64,000 bases of DNA from an uncultured Clostridia bacterium (lineage in GTDB: Bacteria; Bacillota; Clostridia; Christensenellales; UBA1242): positions 27,855-91,854 of the forward strand of contig CALVTR010000006.1 of NCBI GenBank assembly GCA_944362965.1, given 5' to 3'. Position numbers and translations under genes: made by a program. Shown in pieces: positions 1 through 9,681 of the stretch (its first letter is position 1; each line of letters opens with the position of its first letter). Below the pieces are notes generated by a model that was not told the origin of the DNA, did not search any database, and worked only from the letters and a program-made list of their open reading frames with translations.

Positions 1-652
1 CAGCAACACCTTGAACAAGCATGCTGTCGCCAATGTCTTTTCTCATAATTTCATTTTGTTCTTTTTGAATTGAAGAAACAATCTGTTTCATCTTGACTGA
101 AACGTTGTGAGAAAGAATCTCTTGCAAGATTTCATCATTGATTGTCATATCGGTATCAAAGTAAGACAAAAGTTGTCCATCTTCTATCTTATATTGTCTT
201 TTAAGCTGAAGTTCTCCGCTGTATTCAGTCTTGCCAATTTTAAAACTAGCGGGACCAAGGTTGTAGTCATAATACATTGAAGAAATAGGGGCTCTCCAGT
301 CTGCAACATAAAGTTTGTTGTCTTCAACAAGGTTGCCAATTCCAATATATACCTTTTGAACAGTTTTTCGATTTTTTGGTAAAAAGTCTATGCGTGCAAA
401 ATATGGATGATCCTTTTGAAGAGTCAATCTCTTGTTTTCTTTGAATACTTCGCTTTCTAACGATTCCACATCTGAAAGGCTGCTATAGATAGAAGAAAGG
501 TCTGTTTGCTTGTCATGAAAGTTCTCAGCAAGGTCACTTACCCCAAGCTTTAAATTTGCTCTGATTGCCTTAAGTTTTTCTTGGCTTTCTTTTATCTTCT
601 TATCTATAATCTTTAATGTTTTTGCAAGATGTTCTTTTTCTTTTATATCCAA
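1..652 (-). CDS. helD: HelD-like UvrD/Rep-family helicase (helicase IV), N-terminal part; gene continues beyond window start
   Basis: Open minus-strand frame from TTG at 652 (GGGGGA RBS upstream) to the window edge. My translation LDIKEKEHLAK...HPYFARIDF...YIGIGNL...VADWRAPISSMYYDY...IQKEQNEIMRKD...MLVQGVAG follows the conserved HelD N-terminal pattern up to the start of Walker A. Absent from the ORF track because it is truncated. Confidence 0.7.
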   Translation of the reverse strand, partial: MDIKEKEHLAKTLKIIDKKIKESQEKLKAIRANLKLGVSDLAENFHDKQTDLSSIYSSLSDVESLESEVFKENKRLTLQKDHPYFARIDFLPKNRKTVQKVYIGIGNLVEDNKLYVADWRAPISSMYYDYNLGPASFKIGKTEYSGELQLKRQYKIEDGQLLSYFDTDMTINDEILQEILSHNVSVKMKQIVSSIQKEQNEIMRKDIGDSMLVQGVA

Positions 653-861
653 TTTGATTTCCCCCTTATATAACAACGTTATCACATAAAATCTTGAATA
701 TTCAGTTAGTTAATAGCAGGGTAATACACAAAATTTTAATTAGTTTTTTAACCTATGAAATGTTGTTTTGATTGCAAATTATAGCATAATAAGACACAAA
801 AGTCAAGGAAGTTGTCTTTTGAATAGAAAAAATTACAAGGTTATTAAAATAAGGTTGCTTT

Positions 862-961
862 GCCCGAGAATTTAAAAACTCGGAACGAGTTTTTAAAGAC
901 AAAACATGCGTTTTGCCTTTTGAAAGAAAACGCAAAAGCGTTTTCTTTCACATTCTCGGGC
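862..961. repeat. Cloverleaf-like palindromic intergenic element, copy 1 (outer stem plus three internal hairpins)
   Basis: Outer stem GCCCGAGAAT (862-871) / ATTCTCGGGC (952-961). Inner hairpins: AAAAACTCG-gaa-CGAGTTTTT (874-894), CAAAAC-atgc-GTTTTG (900-915), TGAAAGAAAACGC-aaaa-GCGTTTTCTTTCA (921-950). Confidence 0.7.
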
Positions 962-1134
962 AAGCCACACCGCTGACGCGGGAGTGAAGAGTGAAAAATG
1001 AAGAGTGAAAAGAGAGTAAGGACGGAATTTATAAAACGGAACAGAAAAACTAGGCGTTATGGACACGCAGGACGATAGTGAGCGGATAATTCGTCCGCTC
1101 TTTTAAATTTTTACAATAAGCCTTAGGTATAGTA

Positions 1135-1266
1135 AATTTGTTTCTCCGCCGCAGGCAAGCGAATGAGTGAATTTTTGAAAAAAATCACAATAGGCAAAAC
1201 ATGCTTTGCCTATCAAAAAACTCACAAGAGTTTTTCATTCGCTTGCCTGCGGCGGAGAAACAAATT
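1135..1266. repeat. Cloverleaf-like palindromic intergenic element, copy 2 (inverted relative to copy 1)
   Basis: Perfect 32-bp outer stem: 1135-1166 AATTTGTTTCTCCGCCGCAGGCAAGCGAATGA pairs with 1235-1266. Three inner hairpins (1167-1189, 1191-1212 TAGGCAAA-acatgc-TTTGCCTA, 1216-1235 AAAAACTC-acaa-GAGTTTTT) are of the same types as copy 1 but in reverse order. Confidence 0.75.
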
Positions 1267-1407
1267 ATAAGTTGAAGTGAAAAAGGAAGGGGTATATAAG
1301 GAAATTATAGATAAAACTTTTCATATAAAGCGGAAATATAAAAATTTATCAATATAAGCTTAAGTTCGCAAATTTTTTTAATTTTTTTAAAAATTTGCTA
1401 AAAATAG

Positions 1408-1435
1408 TTGATAAACATTGCGGGGGGGGTATAAT
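1408..1435 (+). promoter_or_regulatory. Sigma-A-type promoter with a G8 homopolymer in the spacer (candidate phase-variable promoter) for ORF 1526-2095
   Basis: TTGATA (1408-1413), 16-nt spacer AACATTGCGGGGGGGG (G8 at 1422-1429), TATAAT (1430-1435). AGGAG RBS precedes the ATG at 1526. Confidence 0.55.
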
Positions 1436-1525
1436 AAGCTAACTTAAAAATATAATATCATTTTTATTGCCCGAAGATGATTTGTAGGTTTTTAAGTTAA
1501 TTTATTATAAAAGGAGAAAAAGAAT

Positions 1526-2095
1526 ATGAGTTTAAAATTAAAATTGGCAATGAGTATAAGTGCCTTTTTCTTAGTTCTTGCAATGCTTGTCACAGGCGTG
1601 TTTGCAGCAAGGAACTTAGAGCTTAACTTTGGTGGCACAATAAACTTTGAAGGTGTCAATGGCGAAATTGACGCACTTGTTACAGGAACAGTAACAAACA
1701 CTGCCACACCAATCACACTAGAAGATATATCAATAGAGCAAGGAACTGAAACAGTCACCGTTCCACTATCATGGCAAAACCTAGACTTAACTTTTACAGA
1801 TATCAACCTAATAATTGTAGCAATATATGTTCAGAACAGACGTTCTGATAGAAATTTAAATGCAACTATATCTATGGAAGGGATTGCGATGGAGACTGGT
1901 GTTGGAGAAGATAATGTATATGGTTATACTTTTACTACTGGAACACAACGGGCTCAAACTAAAACGCTTAATCTTACACCAAACCAGTCAGATAGTGTTG
2001 CATTTAGCATACGTATTGTCGATAGATTCACACCTGTTGACAATGTCAACGTAACATTTACAATTTCATTGCAAGATGCAGAGCCAACAGATTAA
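1526..2095 (+). CDS. Secreted or surface hypothetical protein (N-terminal signal peptide)
   Basis: AAAGGAG RBS. N-terminus MSLKLKLAMSISAFFLVLAMLVTGVFAA is signal-peptide-like; the rest is T/N/V-rich and looks beta-rich. A terminator follows. No family recognised. Confidence 0.6.
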   Translation: MSLKLKLAMSISAFFLVLAMLVTGVFAARNLELNFGGTINFEGVNGEIDALVTGTVTNTATPITLEDISIEQGTETVTVPLSWQNLDLTFTDINLIIVAIYVQNRRSDRNLNATISMEGIAMETGVGEDNVYGYTFTTGTQRAQTKTLNLTPNQSDSVAFSIRIVDRFTPVDNVNVTFTISLQDAEPTD

Positions 2096-2116
2096 ACCTT
2101 TTAATGGCATAATTTT

Positions 2117-2146
2117 TAAAGACAGGAAGGGCAACCTGTCTTTTTT
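2117..2146 (+). terminator. Rho-independent terminator
   Basis: AAAGACAGG-aagggcaa-CCTGTCTTT followed by a T-run. Confidence 0.6.
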
Positions 2147-2261
2147 AATTTACATTTTGTCTATATATTTTTAATTTCTAAACAATATCAATAAAAATAA
2201 AAATTTTAATTAAAACAAAAAACTCTCATACTAATTTGTATAAGAGTTTTTATTTAACAAT

Positions 2262-4883
2262 CTATTCATTAGGTTGGTCATCTGTTGTATTTTCATTTTC
2301 TTGGCTATTTACTAAAGTTTCTTCTTCTAAATTATCTGTTGAAACTTCATTTTCTAAATTTTCTGCATTTATATTGCTTTCATTTTCTGCTATTTCTTGA
2401 TTTTGAGCATTTTCATCAATACTTTCACTTTCTTCTTCCTTCTTGGCAAGTGCTACTCCAACAATCTTGCTACCATCTCTAAGTTTCATAACTCTCACAC
2501 CTTGACTTACTCTTGAAAGCGAGCTTATCTGGTCAACAGGTGTTCTTATAATCACACCATTGTCAGCAATAAGCATAATATCGTCATCGGCGATTGATTG
2601 CTTCAGGGCAACAAGTTTGCCAGTCTTTTCGTTAAATATGCCAGCCTTAACACCTTTTCCGCCACGACTTTGAAGCCTATATTCTTCAACGTCACTGCGT
2701 TTTCCATAGCCATTCTCAGAAATGGTTATGATTTGAGAGTTTTTCTTAACAATAGCCATATCAACAATGTAGTCGCTTTCGCTAAGTTTCAAACTTCTCA
2801 CACCTTGACTATCTCTTCCCATGTTGCGGACGTCTTTTTCACTGAAGCGAATAGCTTTTCCGTCATGAGATGCAATCAAAATGTCATCTTCGCCAGAAGA
2901 TACTTCAACTCCGATAAGTTCATCACCTTCAAGCAGGTGAATAGCTTTCTTTCCAACTTTGCGAATTGAAGCAAATTCTTCAAGTCTAGTCTTCTTGATA
3001 AGCCCATGTTTTGTTGCCATAATAAGGTTGCCTTCGGCATCATCTTTTCTAGGAATGATTGTTGTAACCTTTTCACCCTCGCTAAGTATAAGCAAATTGA
3101 TTATAGCTCTGCCCTTAGCGGTTTTTTGAGCTTCCGGCACTTCGTATGCTTTAATGCAATAAACACGTCCAAGATTAGTGAAGAACAGAAGGTCATCATG
3201 AGTATTTGTGATAAACATATTTTCAACATAGTCTTCTTCTTTAGTCTTATGTGCAGTCACACCAACACCGCCACGATTTTGAGATTTATACTCACTTGTA
3301 GACATTCTCTTGATATAGCCTTGATGTGTCATAGAAACAACAACATCTTCTTTTTCTATAAGGTCGGCAATATCAATTCCGCCAGCGTCAAGGCTGATTT
3401 CAGTTTTCCTAGCATCGCCAAACTTGTTTTTAATCTCTTCAAAATTGTCTCTCAAGATTTTAAGAATGCGGGCAGGGGTTGCAAGTATATCTTCAAAGTC
3501 AATGATAAGCGCATCAAGTTGACGCAGTTCTTCATTTAGTTTTTCAACTTCAAGAGAAGTAAGTCTTGAAAGTTTCATCTCAAGGATTGCGTTTGCTTGG
3601 ATTTCATCAAGTTCAAAATTTTGAGTAAGTTTTATAGATGCGTCTTGCTTATCATCAGAAGATTTGATTATAGCAATCACTTCGTCAATGTTAGCAAGTG
3701 CAATAACAAGACCTTTAACAATATGTTCACGCTCTTTAGCCTTTTCAAGTTCATATTGAGTTTTTCTTGTCAAAACTTCTTTTTGATGCTCAAGATAGTA
3801 ATAGAGCATTTCTTTAAGGTTTAAAATGCGTGGGGTGCCATTTACAAGAGCAAGGAAGATAATGCCGCTACTCTTTTGAAGTTGAGTCTGTTTATAAAGA
3901 GAGTTAAGCACAACTTGAGCATTGAAATCTTTTTTAATGTCGATAACAATTCGCATACCTTTGCGGTCAGACTCTTCTTTGATGTCGCTAATGCCGTCAA
4001 GCCTCTTGTTCTTAACAAGGTCAGCCATTTGCACAATAAGTTGAGCTTTGTTTACCTGATAAGGTAGTTCAGTAATAATAATTCTGCTTCTTCCACTCGC
4101 TGTTTCTTCAATTTCAGCTCTGCCACGCACAACAATGCCACCACGACCAGTCTTGTATGCGTGCTTTACAGCAGCACGTCCCATAATTATACCGCCAGTA
4201 GGATAGTCAGGTGCAGGGATGATTTTTATAAGCTCGTCTATATCAATATCAGGGTTATCAATGAGCGCTTGCAATCCGTTTAGAACTTCAGTAAGGTTGT
4301 GCGGTGGAATATTTGTTGCCATACCAACGGCGATACCGTCAGAACCATTTATAAGAAGGTTAGGGATTTTTGCAGGAAGCACTGCGGGTTGCATAAGTGT
4401 GTTATCAAAGTTAGGGTAGAAGTCAACTGTGTTTTTGTCAATATCTTCCAGCATAAGCCCAGCAATCTTTGAAAGCCTTGCTTCTGTGTAACGCATAGCA
4501 GCAGGTGGGTCGCCATCGACAGAACCAAAGTTGCCTTGTCCGTCAACAAGCGGATATCTTATAGAAAAATCCTGTGCAAGACGAACCATAGCATCATAAA
4601 CCGAGCTATCACCATGTGGGTGATATTTACCCATAACATCACCGACAATTCTTGCGCACTTTTTAGTAGGCTTGTCATAAAAGTTGTTCATTTCACCCAT
4701 AGCGTATAGTATACGTCTATGCACAGGCTTAAGCCCATCACGCACATCAGGAATAGCACGTGACACATTGACCGCCATTGCATAAGAAATAAACGACCTT
4801 TTAAGGTTGTCTACAGTATCGACTTTTTCAACTTTTGTGTCTTGGAAGATTTCGTCCAAAGACTTTTTGCTTTCATGCTCCAT
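2262..4883 (-). CDS. gyrA: DNA gyrase subunit A
   Basis: 873 aa. Canonical GyrA N-terminus ([28 protein letters not shown]...[20 protein letters not shown]) with C-terminal beta-pinwheel repeats. Carries an extra ~60-aa acidic E/N-rich tail. Confidence 0.97.
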   Translation of the reverse strand: MEHESKKSLDEIFQDTKVEKVDTVDNLKRSFISYAMAVNVSRAIPDVRDGLKPVHRRILYAMGEMNNFYDKPTKKCARIVGDVMGKYHPHGDSSVYDAMVRLAQDFSIRYPLVDGQGNFGSVDGDPPAAMRYTEARLSKIAGLMLEDIDKNTVDFYPNFDNTLMQPAVLPAKIPNLLINGSDGIAVGMATNIPPHNLTEVLNGLQALIDNPDIDIDELIKIIPAPDYPTGGIIMGRAAVKHAYKTGRGGIVVRGRAEIEETASGRSRIIITELPYQVNKAQLIVQMADLVKNKRLDGISDIKEESDRKGMRIVIDIKKDFNAQVVLNSLYKQTQLQKSSGIIFLALVNGTPRILNLKEMLYYYLEHQKEVLTRKTQYELEKAKEREHIVKGLVIALANIDEVIAIIKSSDDKQDASIKLTQNFELDEIQANAILEMKLSRLTSLEVEKLNEELRQLDALIIDFEDILATPARILKILRDNFEEIKNKFGDARKTEISLDAGGIDIADLIEKEDVVVSMTHQGYIKRMSTSEYKSQNRGGVGVTAHKTKEEDYVENMFITNTHDDLLFFTNLGRVYCIKAYEVPEAQKTAKGRAIINLLILSEGEKVTTIIPRKDDAEGNLIMATKHGLIKKTRLEEFASIRKVGKKAIHLLEGDELIGVEVSSGEDDILIASHDGKAIRFSEKDVRNMGRDSQGVRSLKLSESDYIVDMAIVKKNSQIITISENGYGKRSDVEEYRLQSRGGKGVKAGIFNEKTGKLVALKQSIADDDIMLIADNGVIIRTPVDQISSLSRVSQGVRVMKLRDGSKIVGVALAKKEEESESIDENAQNQEIAENESNINAENLENEVSTDNLEEETLVNSQENENTTDDQPNE

Positions 4884-4902
4884 TTTTCGCTCCTAGAAAT
4901 TG

Positions 4903-5409
4903 TTATTCTTTTTCAATATTCTCTTCAATAACTAAAAGAAGTTTATCTTTTAGTCGCTGTTTGTTCTGCTGAACTTTAATATCTTGCTCAAAGCCTAGCT
5001 CGTCTATTGTTATGCCCAGTGAGTTTTCAAGCCACCCAGCCACCAAAAACCTGTGACAGAACTTGGTTGGCTTTTCAAAGCATAGCAGTACCGCGTTTTC
5101 GCCAAGCTGGCAATAAATATCTTGCGGATTGAGCGGCTTTAAAACCCTGTTATAAAATTTTTCAATGTAGTCATCTTCGTTTTGCTCTTTAAAGGCGAGA
5201 TATTCTTGCTCGCTAAGCATTTTGCTCTGCCAAAGCTTGTCAATTTCAATTTCGCGTGCCTTCCATTTGCGGAAGAAACTGTAAGGCGAAAGGTTTCTCA
5301 TAGCTCGCCCTTCAAAGCCCACCATTTTACCCTCGTCACCAGAAATAGCAACAGGGGAGTATTTTTTTGTATCAATTCTCTTCAAATTTGCATAATAAGA
5401 TGTTTTCAT
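4903..5409 (-). CDS. DUF488-family protein
   Basis: 168 aa. SYYANL...PVAIS...LSP...LLCFEKPTKFCHRFLVAGWL matches the DUF488 pattern as I recall it. Motif-level call only. Confidence 0.5.
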   Translation of the reverse strand: MKTSYYANLKRIDTKKYSPVAISGDEGKMVGFEGRAMRNLSPYSFFRKWKAREIEIDKLWQSKMLSEQEYLAFKEQNEDDYIEKFYNRVLKPLNPQDIYCQLGENAVLLCFEKPTKFCHRFLVAGWLENSLGITIDELGFEQDIKVQQNKQRLKDKLLLVIEENIEKE

Positions 5410-5717
5410 TTTAAATTCAGCCTTTTTTCTTCACATCTTTTTTGCCCACGTTTGATTTTGTATTCTATCATCTCGTCAACTTCTTTGCCACCAAACATAA
5501 GTCTTAATGTTTCCGCACAGATAAGCACATCAGCTGTCTCTTCTATAATGTCTTTTTTAACTTTTTCAAGCTTTTCGCTGTTGCCTTTTGCTCGAAAGTA
5601 TTTGCAAAGCTCTTTTGTAAGCTCGCTCATCTCTTCAATGGCAAACACATATTGTGTGTCTTCTCCGAAGACCTTTATAAAATTTTTATAACAGCTCTCT
5701 CGCTCTTCTCTGTCCAT
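5406..5717 (-). CDS. MazG-like all-alpha nucleotide pyrophosphohydrolase family protein (paralog 1)
   Basis: 103 aa. AIEEMSELTKEL...IEETADVLI fits the EExxE...ExxD metal-binding helices of small MazG-like proteins. ATGA overlap with the downstream DUF488 gene. Confidence 0.5.
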   Translation of the reverse strand: MDREERESCYKNFIKVFGEDTQYVFAIEEMSELTKELCKYFRAKGNSEKLEKVKKDIIEETADVLICAETLRLMFGGKEVDEMIEYKIKRGQKRCEEKRLNLK

Positions 5718-5774
5718 CTTTTCTTCCTTTTAATTAAAAAGTTTTAAAAATGATTTGTTCAAATCCTAGCTATT

Positions 5775-6080
5775 TTAACTTTCCATATTTTTCTTTTCAG
5801 CTCTTTTCAAGGCTCTATCTAATTTATATTGTTTGATATCATTGATTTTATCTTGACCAAACATATATGAAAGCTGACCCATATTTATTGACACATCTGC
5901 AATCTCTTCTTGCAAGTTTTCTAGTGCCTTTTGAATTTCAAGTTCATCTCCTGTTGCGACCTTACGCTTATATTTGCATATTGCTTGCAATAATTCGCCC
6001 ATTTCTTCAATAGCACATTGAAATTGTGTTTCTTCGCCAAAAGTATCTAAAAAAATCTTATAATATTCTTCGTCTTTCAT
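5775..6080 (-). CDS. MazG-like all-alpha nucleotide pyrophosphohydrolase family protein (paralog 2)
   Basis: 101 aa. AIEEMGELLQAI...QEEIADVSI; clearly paralogous to 5406-5717. Confidence 0.5.
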   Translation of the reverse strand: MKDEEYYKIFLDTFGEETQFQCAIEEMGELLQAICKYKRKVATGDELEIQKALENLQEEIADVSINMGQLSYMFGQDKINDIKQYKLDRALKRAEKKNMES

Positions 6081-6098
6081 AATTTCTCCCTTTTATCT

Positions 6099-8183
6099 TT
6101 AAATATCAAGGTCATCAACAAGGGTAGCATTTTCTTCAATAAATTTACGTCTAAGCTCGCTATCTTCGCCCATAAGGTCGTTGAAGTATTTTTCAGCTTC
6201 AATAGCATCTTCCATAGTCAGCTGTATAAGTATGCGGTGTTCAGGATCCATAGTTGTTTCCCAAAGTTGGTCAGCACTCATTTCACCAAGACCTTTATAA
6301 CGTTGTTGTGGATAGCCACGGTCATTGCCGTTTGCCTTCCAAGCGTTAAGCTCTTCATCTGAATAGAAGTAGAGTTCTTCTTTGCCCTTTGTCACTTTAT
6401 ATAGTGGTGGTTTTGCCGCATATACGTGTCCATGTTCAATAAGCGGACGCATATAGCGGAAGAAGAAGGTGAGAAGCAGAATCCTAATGTGAGCACCATC
6501 AACGTCGGCATCGGTCATACAGATAATCTTGTCATAACGAAGCTTGTCTTCATTAAATTCGCTTCCAATACCGCAACCAAAGGCGGTTATCATAGATTTA
6601 ATTTCATTATTTTCAAGGATTTTATTTAAACGAGCCTTCTCTACATTCAAAATTTTGCCCCTAAGTGGCAAGATAGCTTGGAAACGTCTATCTCTGCCGG
6701 TCTTAGCAGTTCCACCGGCTGAATCTCCTTCTACAATGTAAATTTCGCAGTATTTGCGGTTCTTTTCACTACAATCGGCTAGTTTTCCAGGAAGGGTGGT
6801 GTTTTCAAGCACACTTTTACGTCTTGTCAGTTCTCTTGCATTTCTTGCAGCATCCCTAGCACGCTGAGCGGTGATAGATTTCATAATAAGGTTCTTGGCT
6901 TCAGCAGGGTGATTGTCAAGATAGTCACCAAACTCTTCAACCATAGCTTTATAAACAATGTTTCTCATCTCGCTGTTGCCAAGTTTAGTCTTTGTTTGAC
7001 CTTCAAATTGTGGGTTTCTAAGCTTAACACTGATAACAGCTGTGATACCTTCTCGGCAATCTTCGCCAGAGAGTTTTTCATTTTCTTTGATTATTTTGTT
7101 TGCAAGAGCATAGTCATTTATAACTTTAGTTAGTCCTGACTTAAATCCTTCAAGGTGAGTTCCGCCTTCTTCAGTATTAATGTTGTTTGCATATGCGTTT
7201 ATAACTTCGCTGTAGCCATCATTGTATTGAAAACAAACTTCAATTTCATTTTCAAGTTCGCCCTTAGCATTTCTATTGAACTTATTAAAGTATACAGGTG
7301 CAGAAAGCAGTGTTTCACGATTTTTGTTAAGATAGTCAACAAATTCAATGATGCCACCTTTAAATTCAAAGGTTTCTTTTCTCTCCTGTCCTTCACGTTT
7401 ATCTTCAAGAGAAATCACAAGCCCTTTATTTAGGAAGGCGATTTCACGGAAGCGGTTTTTCATAGTGTCAAAGTTGAAAACCGTTGTTTCAAAAATCTCA
7501 TCATCAGGTAGGAAGGTGATGGTTGTTCCGCGTCTTTCAGTGGCTCCAACAACTTCAAGCGGAGAGATAACCTTTCCGCGAGAGAACTCAATCTTATAGT
7601 GTTGTCCGTTTTGATAGACATCAGCTCTCATATATTTTGAAAGGGCATTTACGCAAGACACACCAACGCCGTGCAGTCCACCAGAAATTTTATAACCTTC
7701 GCCGCCGAATTTACCACCAGCATGAAGTTTTGTAAGCACAACTTCCACAGCACTTTTGCCTTCTTTAGGAATGATGCCTGTAGGAATACCACGACCATTA
7801 TCTATAACAGAGCATGAGCCGTCAAAATTGATAATAACGTCAATTTGAGTGCAGTATCCGGCAAGAGCCTCGTCAATAGAGTTGTCCACAACTTCAGTCA
7901 CAAGGTGGTGAAGGCCATGCTCATCTGTTGAGCCAATATACATACCAGGACGTTTTCTAACAGGTTCAAGTCCTTCAAGAACTTGAATATCACCAGCATC
8001 ATATTTATCTGAATGCCCAATTTCTTTGCTTTCCTTGTCGGTATCTTCTTTGTCGGCAGCCTTTTCTATATTTTCGCTAGAACTATTTGCACCTACGTTA
8101 TCGTTTTCACTTACGTTATTATTTTCAGAAGTGTCAGCTTCATTATCAACTTTTTGCTCGTCTAAATTCTTATCAAGTTCCAT
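6099..8183 (-). CDS. gyrB: DNA gyrase subunit B
   Basis: 694 aa. YDAGDIQVLEGLEPVRKRPGMYIGST, HHLVTEVVDNSIDEA, LHGVG, EGDSAGG, PLRGKILNV. Carries an N-terminal ~58-aa acidic extension. Confidence 0.97.
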   Translation of the reverse strand: MELDKNLDEQKVDNEADTSENNNVSENDNVGANSSSENIEKAADKEDTDKESKEIGHSDKYDAGDIQVLEGLEPVRKRPGMYIGSTDEHGLHHLVTEVVDNSIDEALAGYCTQIDVIINFDGSCSVIDNGRGIPTGIIPKEGKSAVEVVLTKLHAGGKFGGEGYKISGGLHGVGVSCVNALSKYMRADVYQNGQHYKIEFSRGKVISPLEVVGATERRGTTITFLPDDEIFETTVFNFDTMKNRFREIAFLNKGLVISLEDKREGQERKETFEFKGGIIEFVDYLNKNRETLLSAPVYFNKFNRNAKGELENEIEVCFQYNDGYSEVINAYANNINTEEGGTHLEGFKSGLTKVINDYALANKIIKENEKLSGEDCREGITAVISVKLRNPQFEGQTKTKLGNSEMRNIVYKAMVEEFGDYLDNHPAEAKNLIMKSITAQRARDAARNARELTRRKSVLENTTLPGKLADCSEKNRKYCEIYIVEGDSAGGTAKTGRDRRFQAILPLRGKILNVEKARLNKILENNEIKSMITAFGCGIGSEFNEDKLRYDKIICMTDADVDGAHIRILLLTFFFRYMRPLIEHGHVYAAKPPLYKVTKGKEELYFYSDEELNAWKANGNDRGYPQQRYKGLGEMSADQLWETTMDPEHRILIQLTMEDAIEAEKYFNDLMGEDSELRRKFIEENATLVDDLDI

Positions 8184-8388
8184 AATATCTCCTTAAACTA
8201 AAAAAGAGCATTTTCACTCTATGTATATTATATATAATATATTATAAATAAATATAAGGAAAAAAGCAAGTGATTTGACAAATTAGGCGGAGACTTTAAA
8301 AAAATAAAATGCAAATATTGTGAAAGGTTGTCAAAAAACAAAAAATATGGTATAATCAAGCCTAGTATTACATATTTAAGGAATAACT

Positions 8389-9015
8389 ATGGAAGAAAAT
8401 AAAACAAAACAATCTCAAAAGAAATCTCAAGAGCAAGAAAACAATGATAGTTTGCAAATCACTCAAGAGAAAATAGCAAATACTGACACGTCATCTGTTG
8501 AAGATACTGCAGAAACCAGTTCGCAAACGGTGGCTATACAAGAAAAAGGGGAAGAGAAGCTTTCAAGGAAACAACAATTTATCCAATTTCTAAAGTTCCT
8601 TGCTTTTTCTTTGTCTGCAGGAGTAATTCAAATATTATCATTTTCCGTGCTGTATGAATGGACAGGTTGGCTTGCTTGGTGGCCATCTCATCTCATATCA
8701 GTCACTCTTTCAGTTATTTGGAACTTTACGTTCAACCGTAAATTCACGTTTAAATCTGCAAGCAATGTGCCACTTGCAATGGTGCTTGTTATAATCTATT
8801 ACGCGGCGTATATTCCTGCTTCAGTCTTTGGTGGCGATGCGCTTGAAGCTATAGGGTGGAATGGCTTTTTAGTAGAAGTTATAATGATGGTGATAAACTT
8901 CATCACAGAATTTTTCTGGGACAAGTATATAGTATTCAACGATAAGGTGATAAACAAACTATTAAGAAAAGATAAAAAAGAGAAAAAGGACAGTAAAACA
9001 AATAGCGAAAACTAA
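8389..9015 (+). CDS. GtrA-family membrane protein
   Basis: 208 aa. FIQFLKFLAFSLSAGVIQILSF...NFTFNRKFTFKS is the GtrA-like signature. Has a ~60-aa polar N-terminal extension. Confidence 0.65.
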   Translation: MEENKTKQSQKKSQEQENNDSLQITQEKIANTDTSSVEDTAETSSQTVAIQEKGEEKLSRKQQFIQFLKFLAFSLSAGVIQILSFSVLYEWTGWLAWWPSHLISVTLSVIWNFTFNRKFTFKSASNVPLAMVLVIIYYAAYIPASVFGGDALEAIGWNGFLVEVIMMVINFITEFFWDKYIVFNDKVINKLLRKDKKEKKDSKTNSEN

Positions 9016-9043
9016 AAATAAGAGCGGGTAATCTCACTTGCTC

Positions 9044-9604
9044 TTATTTTTTCTTATCAATAAATGCAATATTGTTGTTTTTAAATTTAACAAGATAGTT
9101 TTGATTGATATTTATTTCGCCTTTAAAAAAGATTTTTCCTTGTGATTGCTTTTTGCTCTCAACTTCCAAGTATTCTATGTCATAGAAGTTATAGCCTAAA
9201 ATATTTAAAAGCGGATTGATATAGAAAAGGCAGTTGTTTATGTATACTATGCCAATAAAGATAAGAATTATAATAAAAAGCACAAAGTCGCAAACATAAG
9301 AAACATCAAGTTGCAGGGCAAAAAGCACGAAGAGCGAAAAATATCCAAGAAAATGCCTGTCAGTAATATTTTCTTTTCTTAATATGATTATTTCTTTTGT
9401 TGTGTCCTTGCAATGATAGATATTTATTATAAGCCCAACAATGCCAAGCACAATAAGTATAATCAGCAAAATAATGTTTAGCGTGTTCAGCACATTAAAT
9501 GTAAGGTTGTCATTTATGATGTCAATGATAAGACGAGTTAAAATCAAAAAATACATTGGCACAAAGGCACTTAAATATAAAAATATATCTTTTATAACTT
9601 TCAT
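9044..9604 (-). CDS. Hypothetical polytopic membrane protein
   Basis: 186 aa with about four hydrophobic segments. No family recognised. Confidence 0.45.
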   Translation of the reverse strand: MKVIKDIFLYLSAFVPMYFLILTRLIIDIINDNLTFNVLNTLNIILLIILIVLGIVGLIINIYHCKDTTKEIIILRKENITDRHFLGYFSLFVLFALQLDVSYVCDFVLFIIILIFIGIVYINNCLFYINPLLNILGYNFYDIEYLEVESKKQSQGKIFFKGEININQNYLVKFKNNNIAFIDKKK

Positions 9605-9681
9605 AAAAATTATTTTGCTTAATTTTTTAAAATTTATTTAAAATGTTTTGTTTTCTTTACATTTTAGGTTAAAATATAATT

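Noticed and set aside
862-1266. Invertible promoter (inverton) flanked by the two cloverleaf elements
   Set aside because: The two elements share hairpin types but no long exact inverted repeat that a recombinase could use. No invertase gene is nearby.
2285-8183. Numerous 60-177-aa ORFs inside or antisense to gyrA and gyrB
   Set aside because: They are fully nested in strongly supported housekeeping genes. Their F/L/I/K-rich translations reflect AT-rich antisense sequence. The same applies to ORFs nested in metG, secA, the ABC exporter and the giant genes.
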